Origin: Octopus vulgaris
Lineage: Eukaryota
DNA length: 64,000 nucleotides
Reading direction: 5' to 3'
Assembly (NCBI GenBank): GCA_951406725.2
Contig: OX597837.1
Coordinates: forward strand, 47,058,001-47,122,000
In this document: piece after piece, positions 37,937 through 49,111 of the stretch
Position numbering within the stretch: position 1 is the first letter of the stretch
Layout of the letters: each line of letters begins with the position of its first letter
The notes under the pieces: model-generated
Told to the model about the DNA's origin: nothing
The model's database searches: none
Seen by the model: the letters and a program-made list of their open reading frames with translations, nothing else
Position numbers and translations under genes: made by a program

Positions 37937-40771
37937 AAGAGTGAGAGAGAGCAAGAGTGAGAGAGAGCAAGAGTGAGAGATCATAACAGTGCATGTGTTG
38001 TGAGGAGAGTGGAATGCTAATTTGTATGGCATTACCTTCATCAAAGGTGTTTCAATGGCATATTTTTCACATGTAGAGCCAAGACCACCTTGTACCTGAA
38101 AGTGGTTGATGTTAGAAAGAGTGTCCAGTCATAGAAACGATATCAAAACCTGAGACATTCAAAGGAGATGGAGTCCTCCATCTCTTTTACATCAGTAACC
38201 TTGTCTACAGTAATAACCAATTTAATGTATCATGGTATGGAAAGCAGATATGATGAGGATGAGGATGAGGATGAAAATGAAAAACAGAGGGTGGGGGGGT
38301 TAATTCAAATTTTTTATCTCCTCCCCCACTGAACTTTCAAGGGATGATTTGGGACAAACTAAAAGAGCACCATTTGGAAGACGTAAATTTGTGTCATAAT
38401 TACTTTGTTGACCAGAATAATTAATTTTATGCATCTCCTGATTGATCGCATTTGTCCCAAATTACCCACATCAAAATGAGAATTTTGGTGGGATAGGATA
38501 AAAAATTTGAATTGCAAAAAGTTTTTTTTTTTGTTTAATCGTACAATATGGAATTTGTAGAACATAAATTTTTTAAAATTTTCTGAAAATACCATAAAAC
38601 TTGAAGAAGTTATGACTGGTGAACTAAATAATCACCTTTGAGCATAGGTATACTCGGTCAGGATTAATCTGACATTAAACAACAATATTGGGGTTAAAAT
38701 ATTATATACAGAACTGTAATTATTAAGTGGAAAACAATAAATATATTTGTTGTAGTTGTGGCTCTCTGCATTCTGAGTTTAGTTGAAATCCTGATGAAGT
38801 CAGCTTTGCTCTTCATCCATTTGGGATGAATGAAAGAAAGAGGCACCTTTTTTTGCTCACAACTTTCTGAAAAATGCATGTTTTCTTCATGAAAGGTTGC
38901 AGAGACAAGTTTCAAGAATGTAAATTATGATTAAATTGGTAAACATTAAAAAAAAAGGGACAGAAAAATTGTTTATTTTTTCAGGGTCTTTCTCCCCGTC
39001 TCCCAGTTTTGTTTCCGATTTTTAATGAGATTTTGTAGAAATATGCTTTCAAGAATGTAGGTTATGCAAAGTTGATGGTTCAAACGTATCATCATCATCA
39101 TCATCTTCATCATTCTTTAAAGTTCATTTTCCATGCTGGCATGGGTTGGACAGTTTGACCAGGGTCAGCGAGCTGGAGAACTGCCCCATATTCCAGTCTG
39201 ATTTGGCTGGATGCCCCTTCCTAATGCCAACCACTTTGCAGAGTGTGCTGGGTGCTTTTCATGTGGCCCTGGCACAAGCACATTCCTACATGGCGCCAGC
39301 ACGAGTGCCTTTTTATATGGCACCAACACACAGGGCTCTTGCAAGCTGAACTGAGACCTTAGTGTTTAGGGGTGTTACACTCCCGATTGCCATTTTGATA
39401 TCCGGACTGTGTGATAGATTGTGTTCTTGAGCAAAACCCTTGATTTCTTGTTGCTCAAGTCCACTCAGCAAGCAAAAATGAGTAATCCAGCAATGGACTG
39501 GACCCCATCCATGGTGATGGTGGGGGAGGAGGATATATAGGTCATAGAATCCAGGAAACTGATCTTATGAGCTTGGGAAGGACCCTTGGGTCATTTTTGT
39601 AGGCACAGGTGTGGCTGTGTGGTAAGAAGTTTGAATTACATGGTTCGAGGTTAACATGCTTCTTTGGAATTTTCAGAAAAGTGTTGGGAATTTGTGTTCT
39701 ACACATGGGAGTTTATACGATTATGAAAAAAAAAAAATTTTGTTTTTAATTTTTTTACCCCTTTTCCCATAAAATTCTAAAATTTCTACACTTTTACGAT
39801 CTTTTTTTTTTTGCAAATCAATCCGAAATTTTAAACATTGACCGAATTTTTTGCTTAAATCTCAACACCCTTGGAGGCGTCATCGTTCCAGTAAATATGT
39901 TTATGGAGAGAAAAATACTGAAACGAAGATATCAGGTGGTCGTGGTGTGTGCTAAAAATAACAGCCAAATCGCCCAAAAAACTTTTTGCATAATTGTATG
40001 AATTCCCGCGAGTAGAATACAAATTCAGGAAAATTTTCTGAAAATCCCCAAAAATAAAACAAGTTACGAGGGGTTATATGGGATGCTAAAAGCAGAATTC
40101 CGCCCCCAAAAAATCCCTTCCTTGAATAGAGAAAAGACATTTCGATTGGTTGAACATTGAAATGTGAAATCAGTGCAAGACATGTGACACGTGTAGAGAA
40201 AAAAGGGTTTATCAAAAATTAGAATTCGTGCGAAACGAATAGAAGAAACTGTCACTGGAACGAAGAGTTAGGTTTAGGCTGGTGAAAGAAAGTTAGAATT
40301 CGGATGAAACGAAACGAAGAAAAACATGAGATTACTGTAAGAAAAATCTAAGAATGAGATTGGTATAAGAAAAATCCAAGAAGGAATAACGTAAACGGAG
40401 CAGACGATTTAATCAAAGTTTTGATTCGGAGTTTTGGGAGGTCTTTATTCACCTGGTTTTTGTGAATTTTACGAATTTATCTTCACGATTCCCGGTATTT
40501 TAGATTAGTTGATCAGAATTTCATTCATAAGTTGAGGCATTCTTTATGTAGGAACAAAATGAAACCGTTTGTTTTGAAGTCATAACGTAAAGGGTCAAAA
40601 CTGAATACCACGGGTAGTCTTCGGTTTATACCATATTCTATACGTTATAATTTATAGCTTTGTCTGCTTCGAATCTCACCGTAAAAATAAAATCAACGTC
40701 TGAATACTGCCTGTAATTTGTTCGACGCACTGATATTTCCAATCCAATGTACATCGTACTATCGGATCTCA

Positions 40772-40812
<41 letters not shown>

Positions 40813-41155
40813 TATTCTCTTAAACATTTGTGCAAACGAAAGGGCTTCTACGTGGTCGTTTGGCCTGCTAGAAATAAGGCAACCCTTGATTAGAAGACGG
40901 GAAGGTCACAACTGGAATGCCGTTGGTTAAATCCACGCGATCTGGCTATAAACAACATGTATTCGCCAGCAAACACTAACTGAACGGGTAACTAAAAGGC
41001 GGGTGGACAGAAGCAAACCAAAAGCATCCTGGATGTCAAAACAGAATAGCTGAAGAGATTAGAAAAAGCAAAACCAGGAAACTGACCTGCCGGGGTAACG
41101 TCAGGGTACCGTCGATGTCAAACAAACAGATCGTGCTCATATCACGACTGGCCAT
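27907..41155 (-). CDS. PMM2: Phosphomannomutase (HAD-IIB, PMM1/PMM2 orthologue), complete, 7 exons: 41087-41155, 37737-37854, 36692-36768, 35155-35246, 31374-31473, 30079-30270, 27907-28011; 753 nt = 250 aa + stop
   Basis: Spliced translation gives LFDIDGTLT (HAD motif I), [46 protein letters not shown]. All introns GT-AG and frame-consistent. ATG in good Kozak context (AAGATGG). Confidence 0.97.
28140..28337 (-). mobile_element. RTE 3'-tail repeat with terminal 20-bp tandem triplication
   Basis: Same consensus; CCAACCACTCCGTGAGTGTA x3 at the truncation point. Confidence 0.85.
30079..30270 (-). CDS. PMM2: PMM exon 6 ([44 protein letters not shown]...FFGDKTQP)
   Basis: ttttag acceptor, CCA|gtaagg donor, 192 nt. 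Confidence 0.95.
30805..31011 (-). mobile_element. Young Nin/Deu-like SINE in PMM intron 5
   Basis: Consensus with intact CpGs. Confidence 0.85.
31374..31473 (-). CDS. PMM2: PMM exon 5 ([33 protein letters not shown])
   Basis: ttttag acceptor, CAG|gtaggt donor, 100 nt; not in ORF track. Confidence 0.95.
31751..32100 (-). mobile_element. RTE 3'-tail repeat in PMM intron 4
   Basis: Same consensus; an inverted partner lies at 32230-32453. Confidence 0.85.
32230..32453 (+). mobile_element. RTE 3'-tail repeat (older)
   Basis: Diverged consensus ending in (GAT)n. Confidence 0.75.
32954..33200 (-). mobile_element. Young RTE 3'-tail repeat running into the 155-bp tandem array
   Basis: Consensus with CpGs intact. 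Confidence 0.85.
33201..33990. repeat. Minisatellite, 5 near-identical copies of a 155-bp G-rich unit
   Basis: AGAAATATAGGGGAGCACC recurs at 33211, 33367, 33522, 33697 and 33852. Confidence 0.95.
34420..34635 (+). mobile_element. Nin/Deu-like SINE in PMM intron 4
   Basis: Same consensus; partial copies also at about 2100-2250, 36835-36970 and 63820-63945. Confidence 0.75.
34849..35081 (+). mobile_element. RTE 3'-tail repeat
   Basis: Same consensus, (GAT)n tail. Confidence 0.85.
35155..35246 (-). CDS. PMM2: PMM exon 4 ([31 protein letters not shown])
   Basis: tttag acceptor, CG|gtgaga donor, 92 nt; not in ORF track. Confidence 0.94.
35900..36260 (-). mobile_element. CR1-like LINE 3' end
   Basis: NTRGHIYKV...[22 protein letters not shown]...ASFK is the canonical CR1 ORF2 C-terminus; (TTA)n tail; a 65-nt copy on + at about 2037-2100. 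Confidence 0.9.
36692..36768 (-). CDS. PMM2: PMM exon 3 ([26 protein letters not shown])
   Basis: ttctag acceptor, GAG|gtgagt donor, 77 nt, DYxFxENG motif. Confidence 0.95.
37737..37854 (-). CDS. PMM2: PMM exon 2 ([39 protein letters not shown])
   Basis: ttgcag acceptor, G|gtgagt donor, VGGSD motif. Confidence 0.95.
39088..39350 (-). mobile_element. RTE 3'-tail repeat (diverged)
   Basis: Same consensus. Confidence 0.7.
41087..41155 (-). CDS. PMM2: PMM exon 1 ([23 protein letters not shown])
   Basis: DxDGT catalytic motif; CAG|gtcagt donor. Confidence 0.95.
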
Positions 41156-41231
41156 CTTGCTGGAATGAAACTAAAACGGATTTACACGATGGTGAATTGA
41201 CAGCGATCACTCAAGAAGTCGGTGCGCGAAG

Positions 41232-41310
41232 GTGTGGCGGTGGCGGTGGTGGTGGTGGTGGCGGTGGCGGCGGTGGTGGTGGTGGTGGTGGCGGTAATAG
41301 TAGTAGCAGT
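41232..41310. repeat. (GGT/GGC)n tract 80-150 bp upstream of the PMM ATG
   Basis: Direct inspection; reads (CCA/CCG)n on the PMM sense strand. Confidence 0.85.
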
Positions 41311-41428
41311 ACGGCTGTTGTTATTGTGGCGGTGATATGTTGCTTCGTGTCAGGTCAACCCTGATTGAGCAGACCTATAATCAAACACAATCCAGTTATG
41401 ACCCTATACCGAAGGATCGCCGACCATC

Positions 41429-41680
41429 GGTACTACTAGCGAACAGTGGTCCCGGTGCGCGCATCCGCGCTAGCTAGTCATAAGTAGTCGATCCTAAATA
41501 ATTTTTAAAACTAAGTAAATAAATTATTTTTATAAACAAACTAAGGTTAGGGTTAGGTTTAGGGTTAAAAAATTAGGGTTAGGGTTAGGGTTAAAAAGTC
41601 GTTGTAGGATCGACTACTTACGACTAGCTAGCGCGGATGCGCGGATGCACGCACCGGGACCACTTTTCGCTAGTAGTATC
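41429..41680. mobile_element. Merlin-like MITE with about 65-bp CpG-rich TIRs and internal TTAGGG repeats
   Basis: GGTACTACTAGCGAACAGTGGTCCCGGTGCG... and its reverse complement at the right end; same TIRs as 52530-52810; TSD not clear. Confidence 0.8.
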
Positions 41681-42352
41681 CCGATTTATATCCTTATCCA
41701 AAGCAGTTGAGTATGCTTTGGCAGCTATTTCTTGCAGCTGGCGAGACGCATAGAGGCTTTCTCGCTGAATTAATGTTGTTGTCGTTGTTGGTGGTGGCGA
41801 CAATGGCGTTGGTAACAATCGTTTCTTTGCGTCGGTGCAGTCGCTGGGTGGCGAGGGTGACGTGAACTTGAACTGTCCACCACACTTCCCACATAAAAGC
41901 AGTGATTGTTGTTTAGTCAACCTGGTTACCCTGATCGAACACACGGCAAGACTTCCTTTTGTAACCACCCCACCCAAAAAAAAAGTATTTTTATTTTTTT
42001 ATTTAAATTTTTTTTACAGAAACACCCGTTTTCGGGTCCCGGAGGTTACGAATCTGAAAAAAAAAACTGGCAAAAATCGGCATTTCAAAAATCTGGGGGG
42101 GGGGGGCATAACACTGTATATGTTTGAGAAAATAGTTTCAGTATTAAAAGTGAAACTTTTAAACTGAAAGTATCTCTCATTACAATAGAGATGTTATTGT
42201 TTCACTTTTGACACGTAATACTGAAATAATGGATGAGATAAGAGATTGTTCTGGGCTCGTATTAGGCAAGAAGTTGAACCTTTTTTTGACCCATGATACT
42301 ACATGGACCCTAAGTAAGGCATGTGTAAAATTTCATTCTCATCTTTATATAT

Positions 42353-44145
42353 ACTAGCAGCGATAACCGGCGTTGCTCGTGTCACATGGAATTGAAGAAT
42401 TAGACTTTCTTTTTATATTTTCACTAATGAACTGGAATACCTATGATTTGAATTTCATCAAAATTGCAGATTAAGAATTTTAATGAGGGTTCCTTCCCTC
42501 TTTACAAACCCTAACAAAAATTCTAATCATGACATATTTATCCCATACTACTCATCTTTATGCCCAGACTCCAAAATCCAAATCTTATGAAACCTATTCA
42601 AAGGTTTTTGCTCCTGAAAAACGGAGCACATGTAGCTCTAAAATATGGGGAGTTAAGGCTCCTATTAGGGGTAGGGGTTGAATTGTTGGGAATCTTTTTT
42701 AACATGGGTCTTATATTTATTGTTCAAATTTCTTTGAAATTGGAAATATATGAATGTTCACTGGGTTTGTAAAAGAGAGCAAAGCTACAGGAAACCAAAA
42801 GACAAATAATTACAATAAGCAGTCAGCTACCCTACCCTAGTTGTTACCACTCCCTGTTGTAGGATTCCTCACCATACAGGTGATGGGCTCAGCCGTAAGA
42901 TGCATTATGGATCTATAGCAATTGGAAGGGTGCAACCCAGCTGAAATAAACATTAACAACTGTGTGATGTGACAGGTAAAGGGAAATGAAAGTGTCACCC
43001 CTGGAGTTTGCCAATGATCACTATGCCGCCAGGTAACTGGACAGAATAAGTTTGCAATCTATAAGTCTCTTTGAATAACCAATCACTTATCTGGAAAGGC
43101 TTTGAAATCAATGTTACCATCTGGGGACTATCCCTGACCCAGTGATAATAAAAAGGGGAGGTCTGCAACCAAGTAACTTTACTCAAAACAACACTTTGCA
43201 ACTGAATCAGTGGTGGCAAAGATGCCTCTGCTTTACTTGACAATTTATGCACCACGTCGCAGAAATCACAATCTATGTATATCTCAAAGCAAACCCTTAC
43301 ACTGTTGTACCATTGAATTACAAATAATGCTCATCTTCTATGTTTGGCTGACTCTACAGCTTCCAAGACTACAATTGTATTCATCTTGGCTTAAGGAAAA
43401 TGACTAAATTGTGGGTGTTAAGCCCCCATTAAAGGGTCTTACTAAGCCATAAGAAGTTGAAATTTTAGGAATATTACTTCATTTGTGTCTAATGTCTATG
43501 ATTAAAATTTCATCAACAGCAAAAATATATGAATTTTCATGGGGGTTATGGCCTTATTTATGCCCCCCCACTTTCAAACACATACTGCATTACATCTGTC
43601 CTTATGCATAGAATATAATTTCCAAATTTCATAAAGATCCATTCAGTACTTTTGACTTAGTTTTGGATCATAAAAGAAATGACTAAAATTTGGGAGTTAA
43701 GGCACCCATTAGGGGGTCTTAGAATCCTCATGAGGAGCAGAAACTTTGGGAATACTTCTTGATGTGTCGATTTCATCAGCATCACAAATTTATGAATTTT
43801 CATTGGGGGTTTTGCCCCCTTTAAGCTATCTCAAATTCAAACCAAACATACTGCATTATACCCACCCTTATGCATTGAATCTAAGTTCCAAATATCATAA
43901 GGATCCATTCAGTAATTTGGATTTTGGAATCTGGGCATAATGATGAGTAGTATGGGATAAATATGTCAGGATTAGAATTTTTGTTAGGGTTTGTAAAGAG
44001 GGAAAGGACCCTCATTAAAATTCTTAATCTGCAATTTTGATGAAATTCAAATCATAGGTATTCCAGTTCATTAAGGAAAATATAAAAGAAAAGTCTAATT
44101 CTTCAATTCCATGTGACACAGGCAAAGCCAGGTATCTCTGCTAGT
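42353..44145. mobile_element. 1.8-kb element with 231-bp terminal inverted repeats, each ending in a Helitron-type hairpin+CTAG
   Basis: 42353-42583 is the reverse complement of 43915-44145; internal diverged tandem units 43395-43670 / 43675-43915. Confidence 0.75.
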
Positions 44146-44412
44146 ATAATATAAAGTATGGTGCAGATTTTAATATTTCAAAGCTATGGCTAAGATGAAG
44201 CTGTATAGTATACTCAGGTAATTCTAAAGTATGAATTTAATTAAAGTTTCCCTCATAATGGGGTTTATATCTTCACTGGTTAAAGTCAATTAATAATGGA
44301 GGGTATACAATAAAAATTTTAAGATACAGCTTTATTGTTTGGTTGTGAAGGAAATTTCTCGTTTCTTATTCTAAAGAAAGATCAGAGCTATTAGTATTAT
44401 GTTGCATTAGTA

Positions 44413-44644
44413 AGGTGGTGAGCTGGCAGAAACGTTAACACGCCGGAGGAAATGTTTAGCGGTATTTCGTCTATTGTTACGTTGTGAGTTCAAAATCCGC
44501 TGAGGTCGACTTTGCCTTTCGTCCTTTCGGGGTCGATAAATTACGTACCAGTTACACACTGGGGTCGATGTAATCGACGTAATACCTATGCCTGTCCTTG
44601 TTTGTCCCCTCTATGTGTAGCCCCTTGTGGGTAATAAAGAAATA
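44413..44644 (+). mobile_element. Young Nin/Deu-like SINE
   Basis: Full-length consensus, flanked by a probable TSD AGTATTATGT(T/A)GCATT. Confidence 0.85.
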
Positions 44645-45479
44645 AGTATTATGTAGCATTTAAATACACTAACAGATACGTTCAATTATGCAGAAAAACT
44701 ATTAGGGGGATAAAAAAATTATATTACACTTACTTCTATGAGGAATTTAAAGATTTGTGCAAAATAAAGGAAAATATAAGGTATTTTTTTTTTTAGAAAA
44801 AACCTCACTACTAAATTCTAAAACTATTATAATCAAGAACACGGGATTATCTCCCTTCGTCTATTTAGGGGAAAGAATTTGGATAAATTGACAGAGAAGA
44901 AGAATATTTATTTTGCAAGCAAAGCATACTGAATGGATGAATATAAATTATGTGTATGATATAGATACATGCATATGCACATGTACATATATATATACAC
45001 ATATACATATATGCACATATACTTATACACATAGTGACAGGCAAAATACCGCTAACGATTCTGCCAGCCATTTATACTGTAAAACCTGAGTGGTTCGGCT
45101 GAGCAACTGGAACATTCATTCGTTCAAACCGATGTTAAATTAATAGTAAATTAGGCGCAAAAATAATGAACAATTTTCTGCGAAAAAAAATTAACTTGCA
45201 TGATTTATCTCCCTTAAAAATGTCTTTTTTCATAATTACTTCCCTTCAGTTATGGATTGTGACTAGTTTCAACTTGAGTAGAAAGAAATGTTACAAGCAA
45301 GAATTTTGACCTTTTCCTTCGAGTACGACACTCGCTATTTTGAACAGCCAAACGTAAATTTAACATATTTTTCTTTAGCCTTAATTTACAAAACTTTTAT
45401 CTCGTTATACTTTTCAAATTGCCAAAATGAACGGAGCTACAGAATGAAGGTTAATAAGGGACACCGCCTAAAGGACCTG

Positions 45480-45850
45480 ATTTTAATTTTGCATCAAACC
45501 TCCAATTGGGAAGACGGAAGTGGGTAAGAGAAAATGGCATTAAAGTCCCTGAAACCAGAAACGGTTTCTTTTATGCAGCAATAAAAACAATCGATGTGGC
45601 TGAACTAGTATTGGTTTGGGAAGGTAAAGTTGATATTTCTCACCAACTGAAGAAAGCTAAATACCTGAACTGGATTGATGAGGTTCTTGTCAAAGCATGG
45701 CATGCAGCCTTATTCCTTATTGAAGCAGGATCAGTGTGCTGTTCCTTGCCGAAGATTGGTTTGGAGCCGAAACACCTAAAGAAACTTCTAGGGAGATAAG
45801 AAAGGCAGCTGTGATCAGTTCAGGGTGACTATGGTTAAGAAACAGCAGAT
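45480..45850 (+). mobile_element. Hero/NeSL-like non-LTR remnant (restriction-like endonuclease region)
   Basis: DVAELVLVWEGKVDISHQLKKAKY ~ IELTVPWE..AHERK..KY; W...IEAG; KAAVISSG*LWLR ~ AAE.SS.WLW.KR. Confidence 0.6.
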
Positions 45851-46439
45851 GGAAACTTTCTGTAGGTGAAGGCTAATTTAGTTCTCACTCAGACGAAGTG
45901 TACATGCTAAGGGGCGAAATACTTGTCACTCTTAAAATACAGAAGGCTCTCTACCTTGTGATGGTTGTAGTCCCTTTAAGAGAACAGCTTGCAGCACCTT
46001 TAGGTAGTTTCTGCAGTTTGATCCTTAGGATAAATTACTTCTAATCTTTATTTCACCTGTAATGAAATAAATTTTCTAAGGCGTAATTTGTAGAACTTCT
46101 GTCCATCTTCTTGTACTATCAAATATTTTATTAGTTGTTTTCATGTAATATTGGGAAACTATTTCAAGTAACTCTGTCTAAAGTCTCTTCGACCATTGTT
46201 GGCACTAATTGACAAATCATCATAACCGATATATTAGTCACAGTAATTACAGTCACAATGGACTAAAGGATTATCTTATTCTGTAGATCTGCATTGGGTA
46301 CGATAACAAATACACTACATATAGCATTATCGTATTTATGTGAAATTGTCCATCATTATGTCTTCTTAGGTTAATAAATCCCATGTTTGCTGCTCCTTAC
46401 AAGAATATTGTGACTTTAACAGTTTACACCCACAATTGC

Positions 46440-47340
46440 CCTTAAGGTGCATGAGGAAGATTCGAGATTCCTGGCCTTTCGAGGTAATTTTGACGACCTA
46501 ATCTTCAGGAAACTGGAATGCTTAGTCAATGCCAAACTCTCCCCAGACTCACGTGACCAAAGCTGCTTTGCCTAAACTGTTTGGTCGTCCAGGTCTGTGC
46601 AAGTGCTTGTCTTTATCTCTTCCCTGTTTTCTTTCCTCCATCCATTCTTGCTCCCCTTTGGTAGACAACATCCTCTCCTCTTCAACATGGACTAATTCCA
46701 ACAAGGAGAGGGATCAAGCCCTATCACAATGGAGAACTCCGAGTTTGTCAGTTTCAGTTACAGTTGAGGATAGACGGACACAGAGAGTATAGGACAATCT
46801 GCGTTCAGGTGTCACTTTCAACTCTCTCCTCAATCAATCTGATCAATTTTCAAGGTATCGCCTACTTCCAGCTAGTGTAAAATTCTTGGGGGCCTGGATT
46901 GATGCCCTGCCTGTGGTCAACATTGGAATCTACTCAGTCATGATGAGCTCTGCATTTCCATCGCACTCAGAGTGGAAGCTGACATCTCCAGGGGACTGAA
47001 ATGTCGCTTTGGTAGGCCCCTCGATCTCACGGGACTTCACAGTCTGTCTTGCCACCTAAATGCTGGTCACACCGAGCTAAACTTAATCATTAAGCATTCT
47101 GGCTTGCTTCGGTAGGTTCCATTGAACCTTGTGGTGTGCAACCAATTGAAGCATTTGGTGCTGCATCGATTTCTTTTTCCTTTTCTTTCTCAGCACACCT
47201 CACCGAGGTGTCAGGTGATACCCGTAAGGGAGCTTGGCTTTCTCAGTACCTTAGCCTTGCTATCACCCGTGGTAATTCTGCAAGCATACTGGCTTGCTTC
47301 AGTAGCTTCCGTTAAACTTTGTGGTGTGCAACCAGTTGCT
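46440..47340 (+). mobile_element. CRE-like non-LTR retrotransposon remnant, internally deleted
   Basis: RLL..S...GAWIDALP...ISIALRV...KCRFG..LD.TGLHSLSC...HTELNLII and terminal LSLAITRGNSASIL. Confidence 0.7.
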
Positions 47341-47959
47341 GTGATAAAGAAAAATTTGCCACAAAATGTTTCAACAGTTTTAACAGAAAGATTTTGAAGA
47401 ATTAGAAGAAAGTCCTCTGGTAATTTTCTTTCATGTAAATAAATGAGTTTTGCTAATTTAAGAATTTGCCAGCAAAATCTGATGAAATGACAATGTTCTA
47501 AAAGATCTACATGTTTATTTATTATATACGAAAATAAAACCATATTCTATGTTAGAATAAGTAGGAGGGATGAATTAGACAATGGCAATGAGGTGCCCCC
47601 ACAAGGCACAAGGTGGGTAGGATCAGTTATGGGATGGAGAGGTAGACTGTCAGGTAGGGTTGAAGGGTGAATGAGCAAGGAGCCATAAATTGGGGAAGAC
47701 AGGGAGATGCAGAAGAGACTGGGGGGGGGATAGTAGGAGTAGTAAAACTGATACAGTTGTCAGGGGAAAAGGACATGAGAGAGGGATGACATGCAGGAAT
47801 GGGGGTAGGGAAAGAGGCTGGTTCACTGCGTGGGGGTGAGAAAGGTGTCCCTGTGACATAGGTGGAGAGTACAAAGCATAGCACTTCCAGAACTCAGTTT
47901 TGCTGATGAAAGGAGATCCTGGTCCTTTGTCATCTCCTTCAGTCTCAGGGTCCAAAGGT

Positions 47960-48635
47960 CAGCCATAACTATTTCATCCCATGCGTTCCTGGCTCTCCTT
48001 CTCCTGGAAGCTCCAGCTACATTTACCGATTACAGCTGTTCCCGTCTGCGTGCATCACATGTCCATTGCTGTGCAGTCTTCTTTCTTGCACACACCATCG
48101 GATTCCTCCAATACTCAATTTTTCACTCAGCCCTTTTGTACGAATTCTTTCATCTTCATGCACATTGCGCATCCAGCAGAGCATGCTCACTTTATTTCTT
48201 CCCATTTTTATCAGATCCTCTGCATTCAAGCCCCGTATTACCCCACAATGCAGCTTTGCAGTTCTAACACAAGCATCATTCAGTCTGCCTTTCACACTTG
48301 AGAAAAATATCTTTTGTTGTTAGCCATGGTAGCAGCTTCCCAAACTCCTTCCAGCCAGCTGTTATACTTTCAGAGCAACCATCTCCCTTACTAATTACAT
48401 CTCCAATGTGACAGAAGCAATCAGCTACTTCTAATGAGCCATCTGGGCATTTAAGAAACTCAATTTCCAGTGAGCTTGCATGAACTGCACCAGTGCATCT
48501 ACTGCATCTGAAGCTTACATCTTTGGACAGTCTATCAGTGATCCCACTACATCTCGTGTAAGTCCATTGATTACATCAACTACACTATACAGAGTTTATA
48601 CTTGCATATTGAACAAGGCCATTTGCCAGATGCAT
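47960..48635 (-). mobile_element. Older RTE LINE RT fragment (different subfamily)
   Basis: KGRLNDACVRTAKLH...SMLCWMRNV...VQERRLHSNGHV; decayed WPCSIC...C..C..W...RC...RCSRC block. Confidence 0.85.
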
Positions 48636-48890
48636 ACAGACATGCATGCACACACCTAGGTATCAAATGCCAAAAGAACCCACTTCATCTACAAACTACA
48701 AACACATTCACTTACCTAACACTGAAGTGTTGGGTAAGTAAATATGTAATCTCTAAGTATGATGACAAAACAAAGATAGTTTGTTATTGAAGGAGATACT
48801 CTTAGATATCAATATTTAAATAACTTCTGCTTTTAACTCTAATATTAGATAACAGTCACGGCTGCTTTGTTCGTGATTTTGTTTTAGTGT

Positions 48891-49111
48891 GGCAAAAGAA
48901 AAAAATTCTAATGCCAAATATGCTGAAAATAGACATAAATCGTCAATAACCATATAATTCATCACTATAAGCACACGTCTTGAAGCAAGCCGAGAGAAAT
49001 TTATTATCGAATCAGCCCCAAGACACGTACTTATAGTGATGAATTATATGGTTATTGACGATTTGAGTCTATTTTCGGCATATTTGGCATTAGAATTTGT
49101 TTTCTTTTACC
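48891..49111. mobile_element. Hairpin MITE (about 90-bp arms, about 36-nt loop)
   Basis: 48891-48982 is the near-perfect reverse complement of 49019-49111; GG...CC termini; no TSD seen. Confidence 0.75.

Noticed and set aside
41547-41590. TTAGGG repeats as a chromosome end or fusion scar
   Set aside because: Only six units, enclosed within MITE TIRs, with no head-to-head CCCTAA array.
41624-41977. 117-aa ORF upstream of PMM as an extra 5' exon or gene
   Set aside because: Overlaps the MITE TIR and simple repeats; PMM is already complete from the ATG at 41155.
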